Shown: positions 1-13,803, counted from the first letter of the stretch. The stretch is DNA of 63,756 bases from Octopus bimaculoides (GCF_001194135.2 NC_068986.1:70124742-70188497); one strand, 5' to 3'. Made by a program: numbers and translations. Notes: a model not told the origin generated them from the sequence alone.

Positions 1-296
1 TATATATATATATATATATATATATATTCATATATAATTTTATGATGTGCGGTATAAGTGCCGCAAATAACTAAATATATTAAAAATCAATATAGTACAT
101 CGCGCAACTCTCCGAAAGTTCACATGTCTAATATATATCTATTTAATATGCTATATACATTGCAGAACATGTTATAATGAGCGAACCGAGCAAAGTACAT
201 TTGAAGGAACAACAGAAAACAATATCAGTGGTTTTTCAAAATGTTCCTTTCTACAGTTGCTCCAATAACTTTAATGTAACTCTACAATTATTTCGT

Positions 297-663
297 GGCA
301 CTCCGTCGGTTACGACGACGAGGGTTCCAATTGATCCGATCAACGGAACAGACTGCTCGTGAAATTAACGTGCAAGTGGCTGAGCACTCCTCAGACACGT
401 GTACCCTTAACGTAGTTCTCGGGGGAGATTCAGCGTGGCACAGAGTGTGACAAGGCTGGCCCTTTGAAATACAGGTACAACAGAAACAGGAAGAAAGAGT
501 GAGAGAAACTGTACAGAAGGATTCACCATCACCCCCTGCCGAGGCCTTGTGGAGCGTTAGGTGCTTTCGCTCAATAAACACTCACAACGCTTGGTCTGGA
601 AATCGAAACTGCGATCCAACGACCGCGACTCCGCTTCCCTAACCTCTGAGCCATTGCGCCTCA
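297..663 (-). mobile_element. tRNA-derived SINE sharing its 3' tail with the SINE at 52696-52985
   Basis: Minus strand begins GAGGCGCAATGGCTCAGAGGTTAGGG (A-box-like) and has GTTTCGATTCC (B-box-like). The 3' part (GTACCTGTATTTC...GGGTACACGTGTCTG...GTCGTCGTAACCGACGGAGTG) closely matches 52835-52985. Confidence 0.85.
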
Positions 664-884
664 ACAACATAGCACTACAATTATATAGTACGTAATAACC
701 ACATCATAGGGATTATTTGAATGTAAATTACAAAATTGAAATTCACATTTATATAGTACAAGGGGAAAACCAGGAAAGACAAAAAAAGTGAAAAAAGGAA
801 TATAGAGACAAAGAGAGAAATTCTTTTTTTCCAAAAATAAAACTCAAGAATATAAATTCTATAGTTGGTTACTGAAATGTTAAG

Positions 885-929
<45 letters not shown>

Positions 930-1130
930 TGAAACCAACGTAATAGATATATAAACAGGGCAAATTTAACTATTTCTCCGGAGATAAAAAAATTATGAAC
1001 CTTGTTCGGTTCTCATCAGTTTCACCAATCTCGGAGAAACAAGCAGCCAATCTCTTTATATGCTCAACAAATTTTGTTGCTGCTGAGAACTGGGGCTACT
1101 AATTTGCATACCGTAAGTGTTGAACACATT
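930..1130 (-). mobile_element. Probable PLE terminal-repeat remnant with a decayed hammerhead motif
   Basis: Minus strand 993-1022 reads CTGATGA-GAACC-gaacaa-GGTTC-ataa: a perfect 5-bp stem II but no GAAA. It abuts the (TA)n at 887-928, like other PLE ends in this window. Confidence 0.45.
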
Positions 1131-1658
1131 ATTTAACATTAGGGGCCTGTGAACGGACATCTCATTTCCCACACGATCTAGGCGTGATATAGTAGTATAT
1201 CAATTAATATACCACACTTATGTTGTAGATACATAAACTGGGCAAATTCAAGCTGTCTATATTACATTTCACTATATTTTTCGGCTAAAATGATGCTAGT
1301 GGACTATTAACCATCATAGAAGCTATATTTAGTACAGCAGTAAAGCAAAAGAAGAGACAAGATTGTGGGATCATCAATGAGCTATTGCATACACACATAT
1401 GTAGACGTCTGTACGAACGTATATCAGCACAACTTTATACGTTTATGTCTACGCCCATCGTCTCACAATGTTTATATACACTCACAGATAATATAGACTG
1501 TCACACTCACACACACACGTACATACATATAGACAGACAGACAGACAGATAGAACTGTATGTGTGTTTTTACGCTCACACTCTAAATTACATAATTACAT
1601 CGATAGATAGGTATAATGTGTACACACACACATATATGCGTGTATGTATCTCGCTCCC

Positions 1659-1694
<36 letters not shown>

Positions 1695-1898
1695 NNNNNN
1701 NNNNNNNNNNNNNNNNNNNNNNNNNNNNNNNNNNNNNNNNNNNNNNNNNNNNNNNNNNNNNNNNNNNNNNNNNNNNNNNNNNNNNNNNNNNNNNNNNNNN
1801 NNNNNNNNNNNNNNNNNNNNNNNNNNNNNNNNNNNNNNNNNNNNNNNNNNNNNNNNNNNNNNNNNNNNNNNNNNNNNNNNNNNNNNNNNNNNNNNNNN

Positions 1899-1956
<58 letters not shown>

Positions 1957-2475
1957 TGTCCGTTTGTTTTGTAACACACCTATAAGTACACAAATGCAGT
2001 CATTACAAATAAATACATTTTACGCTCATTTACAACTACAAATATTTTGATATATCGTTTACATTAGAATATAACAGCATAAATAAACATTATATTATAG
2101 AATTAGGCCAGTTGAAAATGATATATAGACATCTTAAAGGAAGATGATAAAAGAACATGATAAAATATGAATGCAAACAATACAATACCATATATTGTAG
2201 TAGAGACGTGGAAGTTCAGAAGGATACTCAGTAAAAATAATACATTACTTAGCAGTAATCAATATAAAAGCAGCGAGATAAATTAAAATTCATTCATTAA
2301 ATTAGAACATTAACTTATCGTACGAATGGAAAACTGGATGAATAGTATTACTGAGTTTAAGCAATACGGAATTACTGGGTGTAAATTTCATTATTACTTG
2401 CAGATTTTAGGTTGATATGCTCATGTACAACCATGTACGTACATATGGCGGCAATAGTAATGTCACATGCTTAAT

Positions 2476-2587
2476 GTCGTCGTCGTCGTCGTCGTCATCG
2501 TCGTCATCGTCGTCGTCGTCGTCGTCGTCATCGTCATCGTCATCATCATCATCGTCGTCGTCGTCGTCGTCATCGTCATCGTCATCG

Positions 2588-2622
<35 letters not shown>
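2476..2622. repeat. Compound (TCG)n/(TCA)n microsatellite running into an assembly gap
   Basis: Directly visible. It produces the spurious poly-D/S/V/T ORFs. Confidence 0.95.
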
Positions 2623-3519
2623 NNNNNNNNNNNNNNNNNNNNNNNNNNNNNNNNNNNNNNNNNNNNNNNNNNNNNNNNNNNNNNNNNNNNNNNNNNNNNN
2701 NNNNNNNNNNNNNNNNNNNNNNNNNNNNNNNNNNNNNNNNNNNNNNNNNNNNNNNNNNNNNNNNNNNNNNNNNNNNNNNNNNNNNNNNNNNNNNNNNNNN
2801 NNNNNNNNNNNNNNNNNNNNNNNNNNNNNNNNNNNNNNNNNNNNNNNNNNNNNNNNNNNNNNNNNNNNNNNNNNNNNNNNNNNNNNNNNNNNNNNNNNNN
2901 NNNNNNNNNNNNNNNNNNNNNNNNNNNNNNNNNNNNNNNNNNNNNNNNNNNNNNNNNNNNNNNNNNNNNNNNNNNNNNNNNNNNNNNNNNNNNNNNNNNN
3001 NNNNNNNNNNNNNNNNNNNNNNNNNNNNNNNNNNNNNNNNNNNNNNNNNNNNNNNNNNNNNNNNNNNNNNNNNNNNNNNNNNNNNNNNNNNNNNNNNNNN
3101 NNNNNNNNNNNNNNNNNNNNNNNNNNNNNNNNNNNNNNNNNNNNNNNNNNNNNNNNNNNNNNNNNNNNNNNNNNNNNNNNNNNNNNNNNNNNNNNNNNNN
3201 NNNNNNNNNNNNNNNNNNNNNNNNNNNNNNNNNNNNNNNNNNNNNNNNNNNNNNNNNNNNNNNNNNNNNNNNNNNNNNNNNNNNNNNNNNNNNNNNNNNN
3301 NNNNNNNNNNNNNNNNNNNNNNNNNNNNNNNNNNNNNNNNNNNNNNNNNNNNNNNNNNNNNNNNNNNNNNNNNNNNNNNNNNNNNNNNNNNNNNNNNNNN
3401 NNNNNNNNNNNNNNNNNNNNNNNNNNNNNNNNNNNNNNNNNNNNNNNNNNNNNNNNNNNNNNNNNNNNNNNNNNNNNNNNNNNNNNNNNNNNNNNNNNNN
3501 NNNNNNNNNNNNNNNNNNN

Positions 3520-3729
3520 TGTTGAGATACTCTGTAGGCGCAAGCAGACTGCACATGGAGACAGCATGATCGATGGTCTCATTTTGTTGTTGGCATATAC
3601 GACATAATGGGGAGCTGCCGTTCTTTAATATGTTGGCCTGGTAGTTCTTTGTAGGTAGGCATTGATCTTGGGCTGCTATGATAAACCCCTCTGTTTCTGA
3701 TTTCAAGCCAGAGGCCATTAGCCATTAGC

Positions 3730-3732
<3 letters not shown>
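3520..3732 (-). mobile_element. 5'-truncated R4/Dong-type RLE non-LTR retrotransposon fragment (zinc-knuckle region)
   Basis: WLMASGLKSETEGFIIAAQDQCLPTKNYQANILKNGSSPLCRICQQQNETIDHAVSMCSLLAPTEYL contains the ETEG..AxQDQ and CxxC..H..C motifs of R4-clade ORFs. The 5' junction is in (AAT)n and the 3' part is lost in the gap. Confidence 0.85.
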
Positions 3733-3775
<43 letters not shown>

Positions 3776-3777
3776 GT

Positions 3778-3890
3778 TCAGTAGTTTTATTTTTATAACG
3801 TACTTTCACTTCACAACCGAGCGCAGCTCTGTGCGCCTTGGGTATGTGCTGTGGTTTGCTGTGGTGCTCTTATGTTTACTGTATTAAAAG
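3778..3890 (-). mobile_element. Short 3'-end fragment, probably of an R4/Dong-type LINE, between two (AAT)n tracts
   Basis: Minus strand ...AATACAGTAA-ACATAAGAGCACCACAGC...AAAACTACTGAAC is flanked by (AAT)n on both sides. Assignment as an ORF end plus 3'UTR is by recalled resemblance, not alignment. Confidence 0.5.
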
Positions 3891-3925
3891 TTATTATTAT
3901 TATTATTATCATTATTATTATTATT

Positions 3926-4136
3926 AAGGCAGCGAGCTAGCAGAATCATTTGCACACCGGGCGAAATGCTTAGTGGTATTTCGTCTCTCGCTACATTCTG
4001 AGTTCAAATTTTGCTTTCATCCTTTTGGGGTCGATTAAATAAATGCCAGTTACGCACTGGGGTCTATATAATCGACTTAATCCCTTCCCCTAAATTTGAG
4101 GCCTTCTGCTTCCAGTAGAAAGGATTATTATTATTA

Positions 4137-4182
<46 letters not shown>

Positions 4183-4572
4183 GGAGGTGAACTCAAATTC
4201 CGCCGAGGCTGACTTTACTTTTTATCCTTTCAGGGTCGATAAAATAAGTACCAATTGCGCACTAGAGTCGGTGTAATCGACTCACTCCTCTCCGAAGGCC
4301 AAAATTTGAAATCATTATAATCAAAAATTATTACTATTAAAAAAAATTATTATTATCACAGCGGCGTACTAGCAAAACCTAAGCGCGTGGGACAAAATGC
4401 TTAACAGTATTTCTTCCAGCTCTTTTCGTTATCTGTTTAAATTCGGCCGAGGTCGGCTTTGCTTTTTATACTTTCAGAGTCGATAAAATATGTACCAGCT
4501 GAGCACTCGAATCGATGAATTCGATTAACTCCTCCCCCTAAATCTGCTGGCCTTGTGCTAAACTTTGAGCCC
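3926..4572 (+). mobile_element. Head-to-tail array of three Nin/Deu-domain tRNA-SINEs (3926-4123, 4181-4312, 4361-4572) separated by (ATT)n
   Basis: Variants of GGCGGCGAGCTGGCAG head, GAGTTCAAATTCC B box and the central GCCGAGGTCGACTTTGCCTTTCATCCTTTCGGGGTCGATAAAATAAGTACCAG domain, with (ATT)n tails. Confidence 0.85.
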
Positions 4573-5116
4573 ATTATTTTCACAAACATTTTGAATAGTA
4601 GACTAACCAAAATAATACAGAGAATTAGTGATTAATACCACTGTCACCTTCGTTTTTAGTTTCACTATATTAACATTTCGATGAAGTAGATATAACATGC
4701 ATCATTGGTGTACTAGAACTGATTCAATTAGTTTATACCTCCGTTTTAGTTGCTGATTCAGAGGCAGCAAACTTCCTGATTCAGAGGTAGCTAACCTGAC
4801 TCTTATAATTGGAAGACTACAACAAAAGACGGTAGATAGAGTGCCAGATTCAGAGTTTTGAGAAGGAAAGATTGAATCAAGTATATAATGTGAGACAAAC
4901 TATTTATTTCTAGAACTTAACGTGACCTAAAATATGCAGGTAACATATCATGAATTATCATATCCAAATTTAGTATTCACTCTTTCTCAGTCATCCACCT
5001 CTCCACCGTGTAGCAGGGATCATTTACTTTAAACTTCAGTTTCACAAGTCCTAACTTCCCTAACTTGCACTAGTATACTAATATCTACTACTTCCCTCCG
5101 TCGACTATATCCTCAT

Positions 5117-5156
<40 letters not shown>

Positions 5157-5166
5157 NNNNNNNNNN

Positions 5167-5209
<43 letters not shown>

Positions 5210-5389
5210 GCACATATATTACATACACACACACACATAATATATATGTATGGCAGGACCGAAAGAAATGCTAAAGTCGACCTAGCATTATTTTTTTAAT
5301 TGTCTTAGGTCGTTCAAATTGCACAAGTTGATAGAGTAACTCGTAATTCTTCTTCTATAGCAACTCTTTACCTTGCAAGCAGATAATGA

Positions 5390-5880
5390 ATTCCAAGTAG
5401 AAGCAACGTCTGTCCTTGAGCTGTTGATGAAAGAAAAGTGGTGTGCAAACTGTCCAACATGCACATAAAGCAACAGGTTGTTTACAGAGATGATACCATT
5501 GAGAGGCAATATGAACACATGGATGAAGTTTAAAGAGGGAGAAACCAACATTAAAGACAGCTGCAAACACTGATACAAAACAACAGTGTGACAATGCATT
5601 ACAAAAGACTGTGGAAGATATTTGGCACCGGAAAGTCGGTGCAAAGTGGGCACTTTAGCAGTTAGCAAGTGATTTGAAAAAAGGGCGGGGAAATTTACTT
5701 TGATCTGATGGAGAGGTTGAATCCAGTGAAGACACTTTTTTTCATATCTGGTGACAGGGGATGAAACGTGAACGTATCTTTATGGTTTGTGAAGGAAGGT
5801 TCAGTCCATGGAATGGCACCATATCTCTTCTTCAATGTCTAAAATGTTCAGGATTGAAATACTGTCGGCTAAGTACTGTT
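5390..5880 (+). mobile_element. Mariner transposase fossil
   Basis: Frame-broken peptides WMKFKEGETNIKD (HTH region), RKVGAKW, and FSYLVTGDET*TYLYG..KVQSMEWHH (first catalytic D, VTGDETW motif). Confidence 0.75.
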
Positions 5881-6840
5881 GGTGCCATTAATTGGCCTTC
5901 AAACATAGCCTTCACCAGTGGAGGCATAACAGTTTATAAACAAATTTATATTTGTCCTAACATGTTATCTTGTAGATCTACCCTTTTCGATGTAACAGAC
6001 TTTGTTTCAAAGATGAGGTGGATATTAGGGCATACTGGTCTGCTAGTTCTTGCATATTAAGTGATCAACGTTGAGACTCCTGGTTTAATTAAGGAGACTG
6101 GAGGTTTTTGATCAAAGAAATAACTAATTACTTATTAAATAAATCTTCATTATTCCATGGCCATAATCATTTATAGGGTGAGTAGAGGTTCAAAGTCCAA
6201 ACTAAGTAAGAGAAGTAAAACACATTTGCTTTATGTGAAGTGTTCATTATTGGAAAATGAGCTCATAACACCAACGTAAAGAATACTAGAGTAATAAATC
6301 AAATTCGCAAGTTTCAGTAGTAAAATAACACAGCAGCAGTATAGGCAGAAATTATTCTTAGCATCAATCGTTTGTAACTTAGTAATAAATACATTCCTTC
6401 ATCATCAATCACAGCTGATTTGAATCTGCACTGAACAAAATGCAAATCATTTAGAAATAAAAATGTTATTGCTCCATTGTTACCGAAAGACTAAACTGAA
6501 TACAAATAATAATGAGTTCTCGATTTGGGGCATATCAACTGATATTGCTAGTATGAAGCATATATGACTATGATTTAATTATTGCATACAATAACACAAT
6601 GTAATTTTATAGCAAATTTTATAGTTAATTCCAGTTACAGAAGCTACTATTGAAATGTTTGCATCAAGTCGCGAAAAAGTTCTTATGTGGTTTGGGGTTT
6701 ATTATAAAATAACAGTTTAGCTATTGTAACGGACGGGGCTTAAAACCTATGTAGCGTTAATAATTCTCTCTGCACGTTAATGAAATTATACGATCCAAAC
6801 TTAATTCTCATAAAATTCATTTCCCATTCTCTCCATTTAG

Positions 6841-7480
6841 CATGCTGAAGAATTACCTTCTAACATAAATTATCTGACAAGAGAAGCTTAAAACTGGTTC
6901 TGTAGACCAGAGCTGCAAACAGAATCTTACATAGAATATATAATTATGAGGAACCAGTTCAAAATATTCCCTTTCCAACCATAAGAAGGTTATCGAAAAC
7001 AAAAGATGTGTAAAAACAAAGTTCTGAGCCAATGGGCTGCATTAAAATTATATATTCAAATGGCATCTAGTTTCAAGAAGTTCATGCCATGAATTCAAAT
7101 GAGACTAATGAACCTCATTATCATTATTTTACGAAATCTGAGTTGAGTGAAATCGAAAAGAAATTAATTTGCTGTTCCAAACCTAGAAGTGTGATCGGTG
7201 TACTACCATACATGAACCAGTTTTTGCATTGTTTATGTTAACAAAAGTTTTGCATCCTCACTATGTAAATCATGAAACAAATTTCGAAGTTGGATCATCC
7301 ATGTGAATTAAACTATTATCTGACTTGTAAAAATATTTCATCAAATTTCGCAGCTACATTCAAATGCTTTACAAAACGGCGTTTATACGTTTTATGAAGG
7401 ACAAACAAATCTGTCAAAATGTATACCTTAGTAGAAATGCTGGAGCTTTTCAAAAGATTAACGTCAATTCCAAAAGAATT
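6841..7480 (+). mobile_element. Degenerate hAT-like transposase fossil
   Basis: Peptides HAEELPSNINYLTREA*NWF and NKVLSQWAALKLYIQMA resemble the hAT core (...RILxQWxxLKxYF). Many stops. Confidence 0.45.
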
Positions 7481-7519
7481 TAAATAAATCCCACAAGAAC
7501 CTTGCAACGAGACGGAATA

Positions 7520-7765
7520 CTGGCCCATTGCAGAATTCAAGGCTAGCAATTTTGATGGGAGGAAGCAAGTTTTTTTCATCGACCACAATGCTTGACTGGT
7601 ACTTTATTTTATCGACCCAGAAGAGATGAAAGACAAAGTTTGTCTCGGTAGGATTTGAACTCAGAATATAAAGGGCTGGAAAGAAACTTTCCCGTTGATT
7701 GGATGTATGAGTGTCCACATGTTGGAGCAAGTAGACGAAACTACTTACTGACTTAGCGTGAAAAT
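7520..7765 (-). mobile_element. Nin/Deu-domain SINE, diverged
   Basis: Plus strand TACTTTATTTTATCGACCCAGAAGAGATGAAAGACAAAGTT...GATTTGAACTCAGAA is the reverse complement of the domain and B box. Confidence 0.7.
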
Positions 7766-8028
7766 TTGCTGAGTATTGCACTGACATGTGTACACTTAAC
7801 GTAATCTTCAGATAGATTAACTGTAGCATTATGTAATTCGAAGGTTACACGTTTGGATAATAGGTACAGTCCCTCTACACAGTTGCCATCTGACTGATTT
7901 CATTCTCAAGCTTCCTATCGACCTATGGTTAATGTGCTTGTCCAAGATTTCTCGCAAAACAGCAAACTAGAGATTTCATAGAAGTGAAAGTTTTCTTAAA
8001 CAGTGAGCAATGCTTGTGTCCTTATATA

Positions 8029-8540
8029 CGAGGTCTGATCAATAAGTGTCCGGATTGTTGCCATAGTAACGAAGCTATATATAGTAAGCAGACATAAGCC
8101 GCTTGGCAAAAATTGACCTTGAACTCTGCTGTGCATACGCACTAAGTTCTAACGTTCTAGCTCACTTCCACTGTTTACAGCAATGCTTGGAAGGAAGGTC
8201 TGTAGCATGTGATCGTTGCATTAACCATGACAGAGAAAGTTATCATGGCGATACCTGATACCTACGCAGCGGCCTACACTCAAGTTGCAGAAAGTATATT
8301 GAGAGGAGTGTATAAGCCGCACACAAGTGTATGAGTGGTGCAGACGTTTCCAAGATGGCCGAAAAAATGACGATATTGACGAACGTTCTGAGAGACAAGC
8401 AACCAGCAGAACTGAGAAAAACATCGCAGATGTAAGTGCAGCTGAGAGGGGAAATCGTCGAAACACCATCCGTGAGTTATCAGATGTGCAGATTAGTTAC
8501 GGTTCAGTTCAGTCCATTATCACTGAAAATTTGGGTATGG
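8029..8540 (+). mobile_element. Mariner element 5' half (TIR plus HTH-coding region)
   Basis: TA|CGAGGTCTGATCAATAAGT TIR. VYEWCRRFQDGRKNDDIDERSERQATSRTEKNIADV...RRNTIRELS...ISYGSVQSIITENLGM is a typical mariner DNA-binding domain. Confidence 0.85.
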
Positions 8541-9135
8541 CCTTGTTTACATTATACTACGTCTCGACCTGTTACTGTCAAATTTAAAAACTACATTAGC
8601 TAGTATTTGTTTTATGTAAACAAAATTTCTATGTGCTTTCGGTGCGAATGGTTTTGTTATACGGTCCCGTGTTTTACAATCATGTAAATAATAATAAGGG
8701 TATTTATATAAGCTTAAAGCTTATGTCTCAGGAAAATAGTCTAATAAAGGGGCATACAAGCCCTCGACAGAAAAAAAGAAGGCTTTCCTATCCGCTGGAC
8801 ACGAACCCACATCCCTTTGTTAACGGGACTAAGTATGTTACCTTTACACGAGCAAATTAGCCTCCCTGTTTCTGTCAAATTTAAGAACTATATTAATTCG
8901 TATTTGTCTTCCATCTTTTCGGGGTAGATCTAATCGATTTACTCTCTCCCCCGAAAATTGTTGTCCTTGTACCAAAATTTGAAACATTCAAAAATTCCAG
9001 AAAAAAAATAGAAATGAAATAATAATCTGAATCTGCAAAAACCATTATCCAGAGTTCAAATCCCATTCGAAGCTGTGTCATTTCCATAAAAGCAGTCATG
9101 TACTGCGGTTATTTTAAGTAATTATACCATCCACC

Positions 9136-9300
9136 AAGCCGGCGAACATAATACTTACGCGTCGAACATAATACTTAGCGGTATTTCTTCTGGTTGTATG
9201 TTCTGAGTTCAAATTCCGCCGGAGTCGACTTTGCCTTTCATCCTTTAGGGGTCGCTAAAGTCAATACCAGTTGAACACTAGAGTCGACGTAATTGTGTAA
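9136..9300 (+). mobile_element. Nin/Deu-domain SINE
   Basis: TTCTGAGTTCAAATTCCGCCGGAGTCGACTTTGCCTTTCATCCTTTAGGGGTCG. A small internal duplication (GAACATAATACTTA) lies in the head. Confidence 0.8.
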
Positions 9301-10369
9301 TTATCTTCAGGCCTTAAGTCCTTATCAGACAGGATTATGCCATCTACCATAGTATATAACTATGCGTGCTGTATTTATATTTAATATACGAATAGTGGGG
9401 TCAGAGAAAACGGTGGAACGACAGGATAAACTACTTGCATTATTTACAGTCATGTCATGCTTTTAACGAGATAATTGTAATGAAAACGCAAATTAATATC
9501 AAAATTATTTAATCACAATAACAGGACTAATTGGATTACGTTGAACAAGAGTAAATGATAGTGTATAATAAGAACGACGACAAAGAAAATATTGCAGTTA
9601 AAGATAACACCAAACACTCGCTCCAGAAACAATACGCGAAATATTTATGTAGATACGATTGACTGCGACCGTATTATAATCTATCCGCGTGATATCTTGT
9701 TCATCAAGTGTTGCTGCCTGAAAATAAACAGATTTTTAGTATAATAGTTCAAAACATGTTCCTGATAAAATAATTCGCAAATAATTATCGCGATTATCGC
9801 TTCTTTGCAGCAGTTGATAAAAGCTTGTAACAAAATCAAAAGTCTAGTGGGAAGAGCAAAATTAGTAACCGGGGTAAAATGAGTAATTTTCTATTTCTTG
9901 TTATTTTCTCCCTACCTGTTTGAATTCATTACATCGCATCATTATCTTATACTGTTGCATCATCCATAGGGGTAAAAAAGCATATTTGTCGTTGAAGTTG
10001 AGAGAGTTTGAAATACAGTTAAGTAGCTGGCACTTTTTCTTCATGAAATTTTTCTCAACTTCGACCTGATTGTAATTGAGGTTGATAATAATATATCTGG
10101 ATACTTTTTGGTGTTTAACAATCAATGTTCTTTTCTCTGTTGGATTCAAAGTCAATTTTTACCCACACTAATATCTAATTTGATCATTTTCAATTTTCAA
10201 AAACTGATGTCTAGTATGGGGTAAAATGAGTTGTGACTAATTTCAATATCTTCTCTTTAACTGCATGGTGCGTAAATATGTCGAGAAGAGAGCTACTCCA
10301 GCGGATTGTGAAGAAACTATAAAGAATATTTTATATTGAGTTGTTTTTTTTTAATCGATTTTCGTTAAT

Positions 10370-10715
10370 TTCATATCCTTGTTATGAGTTTTGCCCATGC
10401 CATCATCACGAAAGGCCTTCTGAATCTTCTGCATGGTTTGAGCTTAAATATCACCAAGCTTTCGGCAAAACTTGATAGAATATCTCTGATCGGTGCATTC
10501 GGTCATCTTGTGTGAAAGTGAAAATCTGACGAGCGCACACTACACATCCGTACTCTAAACATAACAGCCAAGAACTAGCGCAGCCTTCCGGTGTGAAAAT
10601 CTTTGCACATGCGCAGGAAGAGTTGCGTCACCTTCTACTCAAAGTATTTTACCTACGCGGTATTAGTTTTGTCGAGAAAAATTTATTTGAACATTTCACA
10701 TATCCTTTAAACATT
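10370..10715 (-). mobile_element. Mariner element 5' fragment
   Basis: Minus strand from 10506 gives MTECTDQRYSIKFCRKLGDI*AQTMQKIQKAFRDDGMG, a mariner N-terminus (EQRxxIKFCxKLG). A TIR-like TGTTCAAATAAAT lies near 10690. Confidence 0.75.
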
Positions 10716-12099
10716 TTTGTATCTCGTTTTTCTTTTTAAGCATGAATAAATGAAAAATTAAATAACTCTCACCCCTTTTATTCACTAAATTTGTATCATG
10801 CTGAGACCGGTGTTTCCTCCTCTTTTCCCTCGATTCAATAATTTGTATCCCTTTCTTTAAAATAGGTGACAATTCTAGAACTCCTCATTATACTTAATAT
10901 AGAGTTGGGATTTCAGAAATTAAAATAATTTCAACGTTAACATCTGCACAACATATCTATATGTTTTGATCTCCGATCATCAACATCAAATGTCTTGTTC
11001 CTGGAGTCTATATAGTATTATTTTGGACTCGAACGAGGAACTTTTATTTTTAAGCTACACTTTCAAGTATTTGAAATATAGTGACGATCGAGATCAAGCC
11101 GATAAAATATATAATATAGATATTATTAATAAAACATATTTCATGTATAAAGATTAGGCTAATAATCCAAAATATCTTATTAACTGAAAACTATGTTTAA
11201 TACTGTAATTGTTTCTGGCATTATTTGTAATGTTATTAACAACTCTTCTCAGAAATATAGACATTTATTAAGCTTCACTTGTTTTTTTTTTTTCATATCT
11301 TGTTTTTTGTATTGCAAATTATATAAACACAAGAATTAATTAAATCACATCCCTTGTATGAAAACATAAATTATGGCTTTACTGTAAAATTTATCGGTTC
11401 TGTTTACAATATATGTTAAACCTTCACGAAAATCTCCGCTGTTTGATCAATAATATCGTTGCGATGGTGGAACTTCATTTAATTTCATTTCATAAGCTAC
11501 GAAGTACTTTTTAGAAGTAATGGCAAGTAAAACATAAAAATATGACAGACGTATCTCACCACTTGTTCAAATCTTTTATAAATTCTTTGTGTTGGCAAAA
11601 GGAGCTATATTTAATAGACTATTCCCCTTCTAAGCATTCATTATGTTGAAATGTTATAAGAATATGCACACTACTTTAGACTCATCTCATAGGATGAAAA
11701 TCTAAAATTAGTTGTTTCAACTATGATAGAAACCACTCTGATCAAAAGTATTGTTATGGATTCATGTGAAAAACGTTTAGTTATGATTTTATTGTCACTC
11801 ATGAGAAATTACTTCCATGAATTAACACACCAACAGTTATAGCGACGAGGAAGAACAACTTAATGTGGGTAAAATAAGGCAAACATTCTTTTCAGTAAAA
11901 CTAAATATGTTACTTGGAAAATTAAATTCTGGTTGATTGAAAACAATTCGGTAAATAACATTCCCTGAAGTTCTGAGAACACTTTCACTTATTGCTTTTG
12001 TGTGCCGTTTGTTTGAATTTTCTCGATTGTTCTCTTGTAGAAATCGTCATCCGCATCAGTCATACCATTATCCCATCATTATGGTACATTAGCTGAGAC

Positions 12100-12245
12100 G
12101 TTAGAGCACCGAAAAAATGTTTTACGGTATTAGTTATGACCTTTTTCGTTTTGAGTTCAAACCCTACTGTGGTTGACTTTGCCTCTCAACACTCTGGAGT
12201 CGATCGAATAAAGTAACTCAAACACTGAGACCAATGGACTTAGTG
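12100..12245 (+). mobile_element. Nin/Deu-domain SINE, diverged
   Basis: TTGAGTTCAAACCCTACTGTGGTTGACTTTGCCTCTCAACACTCTGGAGTCGAT. Confidence 0.65.
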
Positions 12246-12403
12246 TCAATTTAGGCTCAATTATAATTTGTTGTAGTAGCAGTGCTATTTAATAAAATGA
12301 ATACAACTGAACGAAATGTTTTACTCGTCAGTCCAAATACTCGTCAGTCCAAATACCACAGTGTCGACTTTGACAGTCCTCCTTCAGTAGTAATTGACTT
12401 CTT

Positions 12404-12618
12404 GGCGGCGAGCTGGCAGAAACGTTAGCACGCCGGGCGAAATGCTAAGTGGTATTTCGTCTGTCTTTACGCTCTGAGTTTAAATTCCGTCGAGGTCGAC
12501 TTTGCCTTTCATCCTCTCGGGGTCGATAAATTAAGTACCAGTTGCGTACTGAGGTCGATCTAATTGACTGGCTCCCTCACAAAAATTTCGGGCATTGTGC
12601 CTAAGGTAGAAAAAAAAG
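12404..12618 (+). mobile_element. Nin/Deu-domain SINE, near full length
   Basis: GGCGGCGAGCTGGCAGAAACGTTAGCACGCCGGGCG head, domain, and tail ...GTGCCTAAGGTAGAAAA. Confidence 0.9.
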
Positions 12619-13233
12619 TATTAATTGACTTCATACAATTTCAAATGCGTGGCCTTGCACCCAGATAACAATTATTATTATTAATATCCGGTAAGAAATG
12701 CAATACTTACAATGTTTGACTCTCTTTTTCTATTCTGAGTTCAAATCATCCGGGATTAATTTTGAACTCAGAACCGCGGAGTTGCAAATAGAACTCAGAA
12801 TCACGCAGTTCNNNNNNNNNNNNNNNNNNNNNNNNNNNNNNNNNNNNNNNNNNNNNNNNNNNNNNNNNNNNNNNNNNNNNNNNNNNNNNNNNNNNNNNNN
12901 NNNNNNNNNNNNNNNNNNNNNNNNNNNNNNNNNNNNNNNNNNNNNNNNNNNNNNNNNNNNNNNNNNNNNNNNNNNNNNNNNNNNNNNNNNNNNNNNNNNN
13001 NNNNNNNNNNNNNNNNNNNNNNNNNNNNNNNNNNNNNNNNNNNNNNNNNNNNNNNNNNNNNNNNNNNNNNNNNNNNNNNNNNNNNNNNNNNNNNNNNNNN
13101 NNNNNNNNNNNNNNNNNNNNNNNNNNNNNNNNNNNNNNNNNNNNNNNNNNNNNNNNNNNNNNNNNNNNNNNNNNNNNNNNNNNNNNNNNNNNNNNNNNNN
13201 NNNNNNNNNNNNNNNNNNNNNNNNNNNNNNNNN

Positions 13234-13327
<94 letters not shown>

Positions 13328-13760
13328 TGAAATTACGATTAATTAGTGATTCACTAATTCTCTATATTACATGAGAGACGATATCGTATTTGTAGAAAAT
13401 GACTGAGTCTTACACCTAAAATTTCAGGATTTCGAAGGGATATTGGAAACTTTCATAAATATGCGAATCAATGATAATGACGAATATGTGTATCTATTCC
13501 ATGTGCCTTCTGTAAAAGAGAAAATATAATTAACGAATTCCATGCTGATTGATCTCAAATCACTATAATCGGCAAGAGATTACACGCCTGTTAGCGAGGT
13601 TCCTCGTTGACTGTGATATTATTCCAATAACTAACATAAGCTGAATCAAAACGTAACAGGAAAATGTAATAGGTGACCCTATATAGCTCGGAACACACAC
13701 ATACACACATATTTGTGCACACAGGCATGTTCGGGACATAGTGAACTCTGTGTGTGTGAA

Positions 13761-13803
<43 letters not shown>

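Noticed and set aside
1024-1116. Histone-like promoter (two CCAAT boxes plus ATTTGCAT octamer) or an exon ending in GTAAGT
   Set aside because: No histone or other recognisable ORF is nearby, and the stretch adjoins a PLE-type hammerhead relic.
10525-10560. CTGACGA as a hammerhead core
   Set aside because: It lies in a mariner 5' region, with no downstream GAAA or stems.
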